This document shows positions 1-8,867 of a stretch of DNA of 32,000 nucleotides, one piece after another. Every line of letters starts with the position of its first letter. Positions within the stretch are counted from its first letter, which is position 1. The translations under genes and the position numbers were made by a program. The notes under the pieces are model-generated. The model saw only the letters and a program-made list of their open reading frames with translations. It did not search any database and was not told the DNA's origin. Location: the NCBI RefSeq assembly GCF_022701215.1, contig NZ_CP089976.1, positions 600,001 to 632,000 on the forward strand, read 5' to 3'. The stretch comes from Moraxella nasovis. GTDB taxonomy: Bacteria; Pseudomonadota; Gammaproteobacteria; Pseudomonadales; Moraxellaceae.

Positions 1-362
1 ATGCCTATCTGATGACTGACAAACGCCGCTCGTGCAGGGAATTGGCATATAACCGTTAAATCATTTACAGATAAAGCTTGAATAATCGCTTGCAATTCAG
101 CCTGTGGATTTACCACATCACCATGCACCAAAAAGAAATTTGATTGGGTAATTTCACTTTTTTCATAAGCCTGTGGAACTTTTGGTAAAAATAACAACCT
201 TCTCCAAGTTGGGTGCTTAGCCAATGTCTGAGCATCCACTTGACTTGTCACTATCTTAGAATGATGGTCGCCACTGTCGCCTATTGCTGCTTTGCCAAGC
301 AGACTTATGGCAAGCATTGAAGTACAAAAAACACCTTTAACGAAAAATTGAGCTAACTTCAT
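1..362 (-). CDS. DUF4105 (Lnb N-terminal domain)-like exported protein, 5' part only; the gene runs off the left edge
   Basis: Not in the ORF track. My own reverse-strand translation from ATG 362..360 stays open to position 3. It reads MKLAQFFVKGVFCTSMLAISLLGKAAIG (signal-peptide-like) ...HPTWRRLLFLPK...SEITQSNFFLVHGDVVNPQAELQAIIQAL...ICQFPARAAFVSHQIG. This resembles the W..LLHY / FFLS..G..P..EL / C.FPAR pattern I remember for DUF4105 proteins. Confidence 0.55.
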   Translation of the reverse strand, partial: MKLAQFFVKGVFCTSMLAISLLGKAAIGDSGDHHSKIVTSQVDAQTLAKHPTWRRLLFLPKVPQAYEKSEITQSNFFLVHGDVVNPQAELQAIIQALSVNDLTVICQFPARAAFVSHQIG

Positions 363-408
363 ATAAAATCTGCTAAAATACGCCAAACTATCGCTAGTAT
401 AACCAATT

Positions 409-1008
409 ATGACACGCTTTACTATCGCAAATGGGGTGCTGACCCAAGCAGCATTCATCGCGTCACCGAACTTTAACTTACGACCAGCACTGCCAAATTC
501 GATCGGCATTTGCGGTATTGTCATTCATAATATCAGCCTTCCACCAAACCAATTTGGCAAGACAAATAAAGATGGCACACACTTTGTAAAAGCATTTTTT
601 CAAAACAAGCTGGATAAAAATGACCACCCTTATTTTAAAGAAATTCATGCCATGCAAGTATCTGCTCATCTATTTATTGAACGTGATGGTGTGATAACTC
701 AGTTTGTAAATTTCAACGATAGAGCATGGCATGCTGGACACTCTCGCTATCTTGGGCGTGATAACTGTAATGATTTTACCATCGGCATTGAGCTTGAAGG
801 CAGTGATAATACAGCATTTACCGATGTCCAATACGACGTACTAACAGACGTCATTTTAGCGATTTACCATGCTTACCCTGATACTTTACACCATCTTATG
901 GGGCATAGCGACATCGCTCCTGTGCGAAAAACCGATCCAGGCGTACATTTTGATTGGGTTAAATTACGCCAAATGCTACACGATCGCCAACCACAATCTG
1001 AACATTAA
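409..1008 (+). CDS. ampD: 1,6-anhydro-N-acetylmuramyl-L-alanine amidase AmpD (amidase_2 family)
   Basis: 199-aa ORF with AmpD hallmarks: IVIHNISLPPNQFG, SAHLFIERDGVITQFV, RAWHAGHS, IGIELEG, GHSDIAPVRKTDPG. It lies directly upstream of murJ, as in Acinetobacter-type genomes. Confidence 0.9.
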   Translation: MTRFTIANGVLTQAAFIASPNFNLRPALPNSIGICGIVIHNISLPPNQFGKTNKDGTHFVKAFFQNKLDKNDHPYFKEIHAMQVSAHLFIERDGVITQFVNFNDRAWHAGHSRYLGRDNCNDFTIGIELEGSDNTAFTDVQYDVLTDVILAIYHAYPDTLHHLMGHSDIAPVRKTDPGVHFDWVKLRQMLHDRQPQSEH

Positions 1009-1035
1009 GCCGCTTATATTCACTTAGGTATTTTT

Positions 1036-2580
1036 ATGGCAAAATCTCGTCTGTTTCGTTCAACAATGGTTATCAGTGCGATGACCATGCTCTCACGCAT
1101 TTTAGGGCTTTTGCGTGATGTGGTTTTAATGGGTGTGTTTGGGGCTGGCGGACTAATGGATGCGTTTTTGGTTGCCTTTAAAATTCCCAATTTTTTACGC
1201 AGATTATTTGCCGAAGGGGCATTTAGCCAAGCTTTTGTCCCCGTTTTGACAGAATATAAAGAAAAAAATAGCTTAGATGAAGTTCGGCTACTCATCAGCT
1301 CAGTTTCAGGGTGTTTATTGAGCATCTTAATGACCTTGACAGTGATAGTAATTGTCTTTGCTCCCATAGTGGTCGATTTGTTTGCCCCTGGCTTTGATGC
1401 CATCAAATCTGATATGGCAAGCACTTTATTACGCCTAACTTTTCCATATCTTTTATTTATCTCAATGACAGCGTTTTTAGGGAGTATTTTACAAAGTTAT
1501 GGGCGGTTTGCCATGCCCGCTTTTGCACCTGTTTTGCTAAATCTAAGTATGATTACCGCAGCAATCGTCATCGCTCCTATGCTAAATACCCCTATTATGG
1601 CGTTAGGCTTTGCTGTTGCTGTGGCAGGCATACTTCAAATGGCAATTCAGCTGCCACAGCTATTTGCCCAAAAGCTGCTCGCCCCACCCAAAGTAGACTT
1701 TAAACATGAAGGCGTTAAGCGTATCTTAGCATTAATGCTGCCTGCTATTTTTGGCGTATCAGTCACGCAGATAAACCTACTTTTAAACACTGTTTTTGCT
1801 TCACTTATGCAAGGTGGGTCTGTTTCTTGGCTGTACGCTGCTGAACGACTAAGTGAGCTACCCCTTGGGCTAATTGGTGTTGCCATCGGTACAGTGATTT
1901 TACCAAGCCTATCATCTAGCATCGCTAAAGCAGATGAGAGTGGCTTTAAAAACACCTTAAGCTGGGCAACACGCCTGATTATTTTGGTGGGACTACCAGC
2001 TAGCGTGGCGATTTTTGTGCTGTCTGATGTGCTGATGACGACGTTATTCGTGCGTGGTGAATTCAGCCATCACGATGCCACTATGAGTGCAATCGCCCTA
2101 AAAAGTATGGCAGGTGGGATTTTAGGCTTTATGCTGATTAAAATTTTTGCCCCTGCTTTTTTTGCACGCCAAGACACCAAAACCCCTGTGAAAATTGGCA
2201 TCGCTTCTGTCTTTGCAAATATGATATTTAGCGTGCTATTTATTGGCGTATTTCATCTGCTTGATTTACCACTTCATGGCGGATTGGCACTTGCCACAAC
2301 TGGTGCAAGCTTCATTAACGCAGGATTATTATACTTTTTCTTGCAAAAGCAAGGCATCTGGCAATTTGATAGAACATGGAAAAAACCATTTGCTCAATTT
2401 GGTTTTGCCACCTTAATGATGGCGATAACTTTGTATCTTATATTACCTCATTTCCCAACGCACGGCAGCGAGTGGTTGCGTGTGGTTGCACTGATTGGCA
2501 TATGTGCCATTGGTGCTACCGTGTACGGAGTAACGCTACTAATAACTGGATTTCGCCCCTCTCAGTTAAAGCATGGCTAA
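1036..2580 (+). CDS. murJ: Lipid II flippase MurJ (MviN)
   Basis: 514-aa polytopic membrane ORF. The N-terminus SRILGLLRDVVLMGVFGAG...DAFLVAFKIPNFLRRLFAEGAFSQAFVPVL is the canonical MurJ signature. Confidence 0.93.
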   Translation: MAKSRLFRSTMVISAMTMLSRILGLLRDVVLMGVFGAGGLMDAFLVAFKIPNFLRRLFAEGAFSQAFVPVLTEYKEKNSLDEVRLLISSVSGCLLSILMTLTVIVIVFAPIVVDLFAPGFDAIKSDMASTLLRLTFPYLLFISMTAFLGSILQSYGRFAMPAFAPVLLNLSMITAAIVIAPMLNTPIMALGFAVAVAGILQMAIQLPQLFAQKLLAPPKVDFKHEGVKRILALMLPAIFGVSVTQINLLLNTVFASLMQGGSVSWLYAAERLSELPLGLIGVAIGTVILPSLSSSIAKADESGFKNTLSWATRLIILVGLPASVAIFVLSDVLMTTLFVRGEFSHHDATMSAIALKSMAGGILGFMLIKIFAPAFFARQDTKTPVKIGIASVFANMIFSVLFIGVFHLLDLPLHGGLALATTGASFINAGLLYFFLQKQGIWQFDRTWKKPFAQFGFATLMMAITLYLILPHFPTHGSEWLRVVALIGICAIGATVYGVTLLITGFRPSQLKHG

Positions 2581-2639
2581 AATCAAAAAGCATAAAAATG
2601 ACGGCACGGTCATAACAAAGTGCCAAACGCCCTTGAAAT

Positions 2640-2669
2640 TTGACAAATATGCCCTAAAATTAATACAAT
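2640..2669 (+). promoter_or_regulatory. Putative sigma70 promoter for the 2722 ORF (TTGACA-18 nt-TACAAT)
   Basis: TTGACA at 2640-2645 and TACAAT at 2664-2669, about 50 nt upstream of the ATG at 2722. A short GGCGA...TCGCC hairpin sits in the leader. Confidence 0.35.
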
Positions 2670-2721
2670 TAACACCTTGGCGAGCGTGTATCGCCATTTA
2701 CCAACAACCTAAGGAAGAATC

Positions 2722-3225
2722 ATGAGTTTAAGTAAGCCAATTAGCCAACCTCAAGCCGACTACGTTGATCCAAATCTAAACCTTGAGCAAGTGCGTACAG
2801 AATGCCAAGCCTTGGCAAAATCTCGTGCTAAGCTATCAGCTGGTGCCGCCATTATCCCAGTACCCTTTTTAGATGTTGCGATTGATGTTGGTATGCTATC
2901 AAAGCTACTGCCTGAAATCACCGAAAAATTTGGTCTAAAAGATGCATCAGACATCAGCACAGAAGATGGTAAAAAGATGCAACAAAAAACCATTCGTGAC
3001 CGTATTTTAGCAGTGGGTGGACTGGTTGCCACTCGTGGTATTACCAATAAAGCCATTCAAGGATTCGGTGGTCGTATTTTAAGCAAACAAGTCGCTAAAT
3101 ACATCCCTTTTGGTGGTCAGATGGTCGCTGCTACTTTGGGTTACATGATTTTTAAAAAAATCGCCTTTGATCACATTGAGACTTGCTATAAGACAGCTCA
3201 AAAAGCTCAACAAAAATCTGTATAA
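2722..3225 (+). CDS. Hypothetical protein, DUF697-like (stand-alone, no GTPase domain)
   Basis: 167-aa ORF with SD AAGGAAG 6 nt upstream. The segments SAGAAIIPVPFLDVAIDVGMLSKLL..I..KFGL and KYIPFGGQMVAATLGYMIF resemble the DUF697 pattern as I recall it. Own promoter and terminator. The family call is memory-based. Confidence 0.5.
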   Translation: MSLSKPISQPQADYVDPNLNLEQVRTECQALAKSRAKLSAGAAIIPVPFLDVAIDVGMLSKLLPEITEKFGLKDASDISTEDGKKMQQKTIRDRILAVGGLVATRGITNKAIQGFGGRILSKQVAKYIPFGGQMVAATLGYMIFKKIAFDHIETCYKTAQKAQQKSV

Positions 3226-3246
3226 CTCTATCTAAAACACTAAATC

Positions 3247-3288
3247 ACGCCATTTTATTAGACAATCTAATAAAATGGCGTATTTTTA
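3247..3288 (+). terminator. Rho-independent terminator after the DUF697-like gene
   Basis: 14-bp perfect stem ACGCCATTTTATTA (3247-3260) / TAATAAAATGGCGT (3268-3281), 7-nt loop, followed by ATTTTTAT. Confidence 0.7.
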
Positions 3289-3409
3289 TGGCTACTAAAA
3301 CAGTAAACTCAAAGATTACTAAAGATAGCACTCTTTTAATTTTGCCACTCTAGTTTCTTAAACTTAATATCAATATTACCAAATCGACTAAAAAACCTGT
3401 GGCTGTCAT

Positions 3410-3438
3410 TTGTCAAACTGCCATAAAAGGTATACAAT
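3410..3438 (+). promoter_or_regulatory. Putative sigma70 promoter for fdxA (TTGTCA-17 nt-TACAAT)
   Basis: TTGTCA at 3410-3415, 17-nt spacer, TACAAT at 3433-3438, about 60 nt upstream of the fdxA ATG. Confidence 0.35.
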
Positions 3439-3499
3439 AGCGACACTCTCATACTGTAGTGATGCATAGGTAACTGTGCTTAGCCAAAAAGGTGATCTT

Positions 3500-3823
3500 A
3501 TGACTTTTGTTGTAACTGATAATTGCATTCTTTGTAAATATACCGACTGTGTTGAAGTCTGCCCTGTGGACTGCTTTTACGAAGGCCCTAACTTTCTTGT
3601 CATCAATCCTGATGAGTGCATTGACTGTGCCTTATGCGAACCTGAATGCCCTGCTAATGCTATTTTTAGCGAAGACGAAATACCTGAGGGCCAAGAAGGC
3701 TTTTTGCAGATTAATGAAGAGCTGTCAGCAACTTTCACAAACATTACCGAGAAAAAAGACCCATTGCCTGATTATGAGAAGTGGGATGGCGTATCTGATA
3801 AATTACAATATCTAGAACGCTAA
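3500..3823 (+). CDS. fdxA: 7Fe ferredoxin (Azotobacter FdI type, [3Fe-4S][4Fe-4S])
   Basis: [60 protein letters not shown]...[10 protein letters not shown] is near-identical in pattern to A. vinelandii ferredoxin I. I trimmed the track ORF (GTG at 3476) to the ATG at 3500, which has an AAAGGTGA SD. Confidence 0.93.
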   Translation: MTFVVTDNCILCKYTDCVEVCPVDCFYEGPNFLVINPDECIDCALCEPECPANAIFSEDEIPEGQEGFLQINEELSATFTNITEKKDPLPDYEKWDGVSDKLQYLER

Positions 3824-3882
3824 TAATTCTCGCCCACAGATAAAACTCTCCATAAAAGTAGATGTTTTATTCTAATTGTAAT

Positions 3883-3913
3883 AAAAAACGCCATCATTTA
3901 GATGGCGTTTTTT
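3883..3913. terminator. Bidirectional Rho-independent terminator between fdxA (+) and ftsH (-)
   Basis: AAAAAACGCCATC-ATTTA-GATGGCGTTTTTT: a 7-bp GC-containing stem flanked by an A-run and a T-run, so it can terminate in both directions. Confidence 0.75.
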
Positions 3914-3934
3914 ATTACGATTCAGTTGTTATGA

Positions 3935-5836
3935 TTAAGCTATTGGTAATGGCGGTGGCAAGTCGTCATTCGTGCTTATAAGTTTTGGCACATCGTGCTG
4001 ATATTCCTTAGGCTCACGTGGCTCTTCGCCATTCATGATTTGTAAGAATTGCTCACGGTCAATGGTTTCCCATTTCATGAGTGCATCTACCATGGCATGC
4101 ATTTTATCATGATTACTGTCAATGAGTTGGTATGCCACATCGTACTGACGTTCCAAAATAGCACGAACCTCGTCATCTACTTTTTGCTGTGTCGCCTCAG
4201 AGATGGTGCGTGTAGAACCACCGATATAGCCGCCATGCTCTTCGGCTTCATATACCATAATGCCAAGATTATCACTCATGCCATATTTGGCGACCATCGC
4301 ACGTGCCATCTTAGTTGCACGCTCAAAATCATTGGACGCACCAGTAGATTTACGATTCACAAAAATCTCTTCTGCAATACGGCCACCAAACAAGATGGAT
4401 AGTTCACTTAGCATTTTATCTTTGTAATTACTCACCGCATCTTGTTCAGGCAACTGCCAAGTCACCCCAAGGGCAAAGCCACGTGGCATAATAGTAACTT
4501 TATGCACAGGGTCGGTGTTAGGTAGTAGCTGAGCTACCAAGGCATGACCTGCTTCATGATACGCAGTCGCACGGCGTTCTTCTTCACGCAACACCATAGA
4601 TTTACGTTCAGGCCCCATGTATAGCTTGTCTTTGGCATCTTCAAAGTCATTCATATCCACATGAGATTTATTGCGTCTGGCAGCAAAAAGAGCTGCCTCA
4701 TTCACTAAATTAGCAAGTTCAGCACCGCTAAATCCCGGTGTGCCTCGAGCCAAGGCATTGACATCTACACCGATGGTTTGTGGCAGTTTTTTAAGATGTA
4801 CATTTAAAATCTGCTCACGTCCTTTGATGTCAGGCAAGCCGACAGATACTTGGCGGTCAAAACGTCCTGGGCGAAGCAAGGCTTTATCAAGCACATCCAC
4901 ACGGTTTGTCGCAGCAATAACAATGACACCATCATTACCCTCAAAGCCATCCATCTCAACAAGCAATTGGTTTAGGGTTTGTTCACGTTCATCATGACCA
5001 CCGCCCGTTCCACTGCCACGATGGCGACCGACTGCATCAATCTCATCAATAAAAATAATACAAGGTGCATTCTTCTTTGCTTGCGTGAACATATCACGCA
5101 CACGAGATGCACCCACACCAACGAACATCTCTACAAAGTCTGAGCCTGAGATACTAAAAAATGGGACTTTCGCCTCGCCTGCAATCGCTTTGGCAAGTAG
5201 TGTCTTACCTGTTCCAGGAGGACCTACCATCAGTACGCCACGGGGGATAGTCGCCCCAAGCTTAGTGAACTTGCTTGGGTCTTTTAAAAAATCAACAACC
5301 TCAACTACCTCTTCTTTGGATTCTTCACACCCTGCCACATCAGCAAAGGTTACCTTAATCTGATCCTCTGAAAGCATTTTTGCCTTAGATTTACCAAAGC
5401 TCATTGGGTTACGGCCACCCATGCCTCCCATGCCACCACCACTGCTACCGCCACTCATGCCACGCATAAATAGCCATAACAAGCCGACGATCAATAAAAT
5501 AGGGAAAGCAGCAACAAGAAGTTGAGAGCCTAGGCTTTGTTTTTCTGGTACAGACCCTTGCACTTCTACATTATGCTCACGAAGCAGTGGCATAAGTTCA
5601 TTATCAGCGATGGCAGGACGTACCGTCTCAAAGCTTGAACCATTTACTTTCTTACCTGTGATTTCCTCATTGTCAATCTTAACTTCTTTAATTTGACCTT
5701 CAGATACCGCCACCACAAATGCCGAATAATTTAGAGTGTCGGCGTCTTTACCTGCACGATCTAAATTACCAAATACCGCAATCACCACACCGATAGCGAC
5801 CAACCACAATAAAGTATTTTTTACCATATCGCTCAC
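3935..5836 (-). CDS. ftsH: ATP-dependent zinc metalloprotease FtsH
   Basis: 633 aa. N-terminal TM, Walker [14 protein letters not shown], Walker [13 protein letters not shown] region, zinc site HEAGHAL. Conserved rlmE-ftsH gene pair. Confidence 0.97.
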   Translation of the reverse strand: MSDMVKNTLLWLVAIGVVIAVFGNLDRAGKDADTLNYSAFVVAVSEGQIKEVKIDNEEITGKKVNGSSFETVRPAIADNELMPLLREHNVEVQGSVPEKQSLGSQLLVAAFPILLIVGLLWLFMRGMSGGSSGGGMGGMGGRNPMSFGKSKAKMLSEDQIKVTFADVAGCEESKEEVVEVVDFLKDPSKFTKLGATIPRGVLMVGPPGTGKTLLAKAIAGEAKVPFFSISGSDFVEMFVGVGASRVRDMFTQAKKNAPCIIFIDEIDAVGRHRGSGTGGGHDEREQTLNQLLVEMDGFEGNDGVIVIAATNRVDVLDKALLRPGRFDRQVSVGLPDIKGREQILNVHLKKLPQTIGVDVNALARGTPGFSGAELANLVNEAALFAARRNKSHVDMNDFEDAKDKLYMGPERKSMVLREEERRATAYHEAGHALVAQLLPNTDPVHKVTIMPRGFALGVTWQLPEQDAVSNYKDKMLSELSILFGGRIAEEIFVNRKSTGASNDFERATKMARAMVAKYGMSDNLGIMVYEAEEHGGYIGGSTRTISEATQQKVDDEVRAILERQYDVAYQLIDSNHDKMHAMVDALMKWETIDREQFLQIMNGEEPREPKEYQHDVPKLISTNDDLPPPLPIA

Positions 5837-5930
5837 GAACTCATCCTGTTATAGCGTTTTTCGCTGTTATTTACTTGTTGCCAAAATGGCTTCTATTATT
5901 TATAAGGCTTATTTACAAAAAATCAAGCAT

Positions 5931-6563
5931 CTATTTGATTGCCACCCAAAACATTTCTTTAGAACGGGGGCGAGACGCTGCAGGCTTGATACTTTTGATT
6001 TTGCTAAATTTTTGTTGCATCTTAGCACGAAGCTCTGGAGAGCCTTCGCCTTGGAATACTTTCATAATTAACGCACCGCCTTCAGGAAGTACTTGCAAAG
6101 CAAAATCCACCGCAAGCTCACATAAATACATCATGCGCGGCATATCTACTGCCGCCATGCCTGACGTATTTGGTGCCATATCTGAAATCACCACATCTAC
6201 TAAGCGACTGCCAACTTCTGCCATAATGGCATTGAAAGTCTCTTCTTCACGAAAATCACCTTGGATAAACGTAACATTCTCTAGCGTATCCATAGGCAAG
6301 ATATCAGATGCAATAAGCGTTCCGCTATCACCGACCAGCTGCCCTGCTACTTGCGACCAGCTGCCAGGTGCAGAACCAAGATCTACTACTGTCATACCTT
6401 TTTTAATCAGGCCTGTTTTTTCATTAATCTCTAAAAGCTTATACGCCGCACGGGAGCGGTAACCATCTTTTTGAGCTTTTTGCACATAAAAATCATCAAT
6501 ATGCTCTTTCATCCAAGCCTTTGACGACTTGGAAAACTTTTTGTTTGTGATACGTGTTGCCAT
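5931..6563 (-). CDS. rlmE: 23S rRNA (uridine2552-2'-O)-methyltransferase RlmE (FtsJ/RrmJ)
   Basis: 210 aa: SKAWMKEH..D.YV..AQKDGYRSRAAYKL.EI, SAM motif VVDLGSAPGSWSQV, DMAPN. Sits immediately upstream of ftsH. Confidence 0.95.
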   Translation of the reverse strand: MATRITNKKFSKSSKAWMKEHIDDFYVQKAQKDGYRSRAAYKLLEINEKTGLIKKGMTVVDLGSAPGSWSQVAGQLVGDSGTLIASDILPMDTLENVTFIQGDFREEETFNAIMAEVGSRLVDVVISDMAPNTSGMAAVDMPRMMYLCELAVDFALQVLPEGGALIMKVFQGEGSPELRAKMQQKFSKIKSIKPAASRPRSKEMFWVAIK

Positions 6564-6664
6564 GAAAATACACTTAAAAAAATAATAGCTAGTTTAGCAT
6601 TTTTAGCATAAATTTTGGGATAAATTCTGATATAATAGCTAAATTAATTTATTTTGGAAAACTT

Positions 6665-6985
6665 ATGGTTTCAAAAAAACAAAAAATGCAAGACATCAAA
6701 GCATTGCGTGGCATCGGTCATCGTTTAGATCCTGTGGTGATTGTTGGCGGTAATGGTATCACGCCAACTGTGGTAGAAGAAGTTGCTCGTGCCCTACACG
6801 ATCACGAACTTATTAAAATCAAAATTCCAGCAGGCGATAGTACCACTCGTAAAGAATGTGCCAACGCCATTGCTGATGCTACTAATGCACAAGTCATTCA
6901 TCACATCGGACGTATGGTATTGCTATTAAAGGCTAACCCAGAACCAAATGATAAATTATCTAATTTATCACGATTTGGGTTTTGA
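6665..6985 (+). CDS. yhbY: YhbY-family (CRM domain) ribosome-assembly RNA-binding protein
   Basis: 106 aa: KQKMQDIKALRGIGHRLDPVVIVGGNGITPTVVEEVARALHDHELIKIKI matches the E. coli YhbY pattern. Divergent from rlmE-ftsH, as in many gammaproteobacteria. Confidence 0.9.
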   Translation: MVSKKQKMQDIKALRGIGHRLDPVVIVGGNGITPTVVEEVARALHDHELIKIKIPAGDSTTRKECANAIADATNAQVIHHIGRMVLLLKANPEPNDKLSNLSRFGF

Positions 6986-7016
6986 TGTGCCACATAAGAG
7001 ACTTATCACAAAACAC

Positions 7017-7048
7017 AAAAAGCACTTTTATCATCAAAGTGCTTTTTA
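7017..7048 (+). terminator. Rho-independent terminator of yhbY
   Basis: AAAAAGCACTTT-TATCATC-AAAGTGCTTTTTAT: 10-bp perfect stem (7019-7028 / 7036-7045) followed by a T-run, 32 nt after the yhbY stop. It lies inside the N-terminal part of track ORF 6948..7592. Confidence 0.75.
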
Positions 7049-7052
7049 TCAT

Positions 7053-7592
7053 TTGGCACAATGCCTAAGCTTGAGTGTGTTTTGTGATACGCCATCAGAT
7101 AACGCCCCTAAAATTTGGGTTGTACTTAGTTGCCATGATAACTCCAAACATCTTCATCTAAGCTACTTCATCGAAAAGACCGATTGGTTAAAGCTTGATG
7201 ATGTCGCTGACAACGTTACTCGCCAAGATTATCTATGGGAAAACAACTGCCTTGAATGCTTTATGAGCAAAGATAATGTAAGGCAATATTACGAGCTAAA
7301 CGTTGCTTTAAGTGGCAATTTTAATATTTACCAATTTCAAAATTATCGCACGCCCAACACTCTACCTCCTATGCAAGCAGCAGGCAGTGTGTCTATCTCC
7401 CAAGAATATGATGATCGTATGATTATTCGCCATATTAGCGTCTGTGTTGAGATACCAATTAGCGATATCAAACACATCAATCCATGCGTCATCTTGTACC
7501 GTGACAATACTGCTTACTTTTATGCTGTACAACACGCCACACCGCCAGATTTTCATGATAAAGCATACTGGCAGACGCTAAATTTAGCTTAA
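7053..7592 (+). CDS. Hypothetical protein, possibly DOMON-like / carbohydrate-binding-fold domain; start codon uncertain
   Basis: Track ORF 6948..7592, but the first ~100 nt overlap yhbY and contain its terminator. There is no in-frame ATG until about codon 106. The in-frame candidates are TTG 7053, TTG 7071 and GTG 7077, none with a good SD. The motif YLWENNCLECFMS...YYELNVALSGNFNIYQFQNYRTP resembles DOMON-like proteins from memory only. Confidence 0.4.
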   Translation: MAQCLSLSVFCDTPSDNAPKIWVVLSCHDNSKHLHLSYFIEKTDWLKLDDVADNVTRQDYLWENNCLECFMSKDNVRQYYELNVALSGNFNIYQFQNYRTPNTLPPMQAAGSVSISQEYDDRMIIRHISVCVEIPISDIKHINPCVILYRDNTAYFYAVQHATPPDFHDKAYWQTLNLA

Positions 7593-7618
7593 CTCGGTTA
7601 ACACAAAATCAGGTTGAT

Positions 7619-7647
7619 AAAAAAGCTGATCAAAATCAGCTTTTTTT
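7619..7647. terminator. Bidirectional Rho-independent terminator between the 7053 ORF (+) and the amidase gene (-)
   Basis: AAAAAAGCTGAT-CAAA-ATCAGCTTTTTTT: a 7-bp stem flanked by an A-run and a T-run. Confidence 0.75.
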
Positions 7648-7661
7648 ATTAATGCCTGCCT

Positions 7662-8300
7662 TTAGTAGTCGTTCATTGCCATCATAGTGCCAGTGTTTGC
7701 ACTAGCATCTAAGTAACGTGCATCACGCCATACAGTATAGCCATTATGGTTACGATAAGGGCTGAAATTTGGCTGGCGGAAATCTGAAACCCAGTCATTC
7801 CCATCATAAATCTGGATATGCCCATGCGGGTTACGAGAAGTGCGATTAAATACCACAACGTCGCCCACTTGTGGCTGATAATTATCTGAATTAATCTTAA
7901 CAAAGCCAGCATTTTGCAACGTGCCGTTGGTGGCATACTGATAAGCTGAAGGCTGTGGGGTAAATTCATAGCCTGCTGACTGCAAAGCTTTACGCACATA
8001 TAACGCACAGCGACCAGTAGAGCTGTGATGAGCCGCGTTAGATGCTAAATTGGCAGCGATATTTGGAGCACTATTGGCAGTTAATTTAGTACTACTTAAG
8101 GTTGGTAGTACCACTTGGCTTGTATTTAAAGAAAGGTCAATATTACGGTTAGCTTGATTTGACTGACTAATCAAATCATTAATAATACTATCGATGTCAT
8201 TTTCAATCACGGTAACTTGGCTGGTGCCAATCGATGCCTGAGCATGAGTTGCTACCGTCATCGGCATAATGGCAAAAGCAAGCCAAAAAAATCGTTTCAT
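7662..8300 (-). CDS. Secreted papain-fold (CHAP / NlpC-P60-like) peptidoglycan amidase/peptidase, putative
   Basis: Trimmed from the track start 8396 to the ATG at 8300 (SD AAGGA 8 nt upstream). MKRFFWLAFAIMPMTVATHAQA is a signal peptide. A low-complexity Ser/Asn/Ala linker follows. The C-terminal domain has a candidate catalytic Cys (GRCALYVRKALQSAGY) and His (GDVVVF...NPHGHIQIYDGNDWVSDF). Confidence 0.55.
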   Translation of the reverse strand: MKRFFWLAFAIMPMTVATHAQASIGTSQVTVIENDIDSIINDLISQSNQANRNIDLSLNTSQVVLPTLSSTKLTANSAPNIAANLASNAAHHSSTGRCALYVRKALQSAGYEFTPQPSAYQYATNGTLQNAGFVKINSDNYQPQVGDVVVFNRTSRNPHGHIQIYDGNDWVSDFRQPNFSPYRNHNGYTVWRDARYLDASANTGTMMAMNDY

Positions 8301-8486
8301 AAAAAAAATCCTTACACTTACATACGACTGTGTCAGCCTTTTGTGGAGTGTTGTATTGGTTTTGATTAAAATAAGCAACCTGCGATTTATATCCATACAA
8401 ACCAGTTCAGTGCAACTACACTTTACTCATAAGGCATGGTACACTTATTCTTTGGACGCCATGTCCAAGGCTTTTTAGGAGTAGTC

Positions 8487-8867
8487 ATGTCCGATTTTAA
8501 TTTTAAGTTTACCAATCACTTGGCAAGCACAACCGAAAAACTTGCAGCAGCGGGTAAAAAACCCCCTAAACACCTACTGTCAAGACTACAGCATCTACAC
8601 TCTTGCACAAAAAAAGTGCAACTGTCTTTAGCCCACTTGTTGCCACAAGATATACTAGATAGCTGTACCGTCACTTACGCCGACACTCATACGATTACCA
8701 TCGCTTTACACTCTGTGACAGCTGCAAATCACTTACGCTATCAATCAAAGCACTGCTTAATGGCTTTACGTCATTTCGATCATGCGTTTCGTCAGCTAGA
8801 CGAATTGAAAGTTATCGTTGTACCTAAATTTCAAAATCGCTTTGAAAAAACTCCAAACTTGCACTAA
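8487..8867 (+). CDS. DUF721 / DciA-like protein (candidate replicative helicase operator), short form
   Basis: Trimmed to the ATG at 8487 (strong SD AGGAG at 8477-8481), 126 aa. The pattern LLPQDILDSCTVTYADTHTITIALHSVTAANHLRYQSKHCLMALRHF...LDELKVIVVP fits my recollection of the DUF721 core (C.V....g.L.i...s.a.a..Lry....ll..Lr......i.V.p). Not verified by HMM. Confidence 0.45.
   Translation: MSDFNFKFTNHLASTTEKLAAAGKKPPKHLLSRLQHLHSCTKKVQLSLAHLLPQDILDSCTVTYADTHTITIALHSVTAANHLRYQSKHCLMALRHFDHAFRQLDELKVIVVPKFQNRFEKTPNLH

Noticed and set aside
3247-3913. The two terminators flanking fdxA both use ACGCCAT / ATGGCGT arms, and ATGGCGT-like 7-mers seemed frequent elsewhere (for example at about 12212), suggesting a DNA-uptake-sequence-like motif
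   Set aside because: The shared word is only 7 nt. Most other occurrences I spotted are inside coding sequence, where ATG-GCG-type codons are common. I could not do a rigorous count against expectation. Genome-wide k-mer enrichment would be needed before claiming anything.
4049-6462. Plus-strand ORFs 4049..4402, 4671..4997, 5085..5363, 5736..6071 and 5875..6462 (up to 195 aa), antisense to ftsH and rlmE
   Set aside because: They lie entirely inside strongly supported minus-strand genes. Their low-complexity Ser/Thr/Pro/Ala-rich translations are typical of the complement of real codons. They have no SD or promoter and no recognisable domains.
8844-8852. Programmed -1 ribosomal frameshift site of the dnaX type at the A6 tract of the DciA-like gene
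   Set aside because: The zero-frame heptamer is A-AAA-ACT, not X-XXY-YYZ. I saw no downstream stimulatory hairpin and no upstream SD-like stimulator. It is kept only as the least likely alternative under the frameshift finding.
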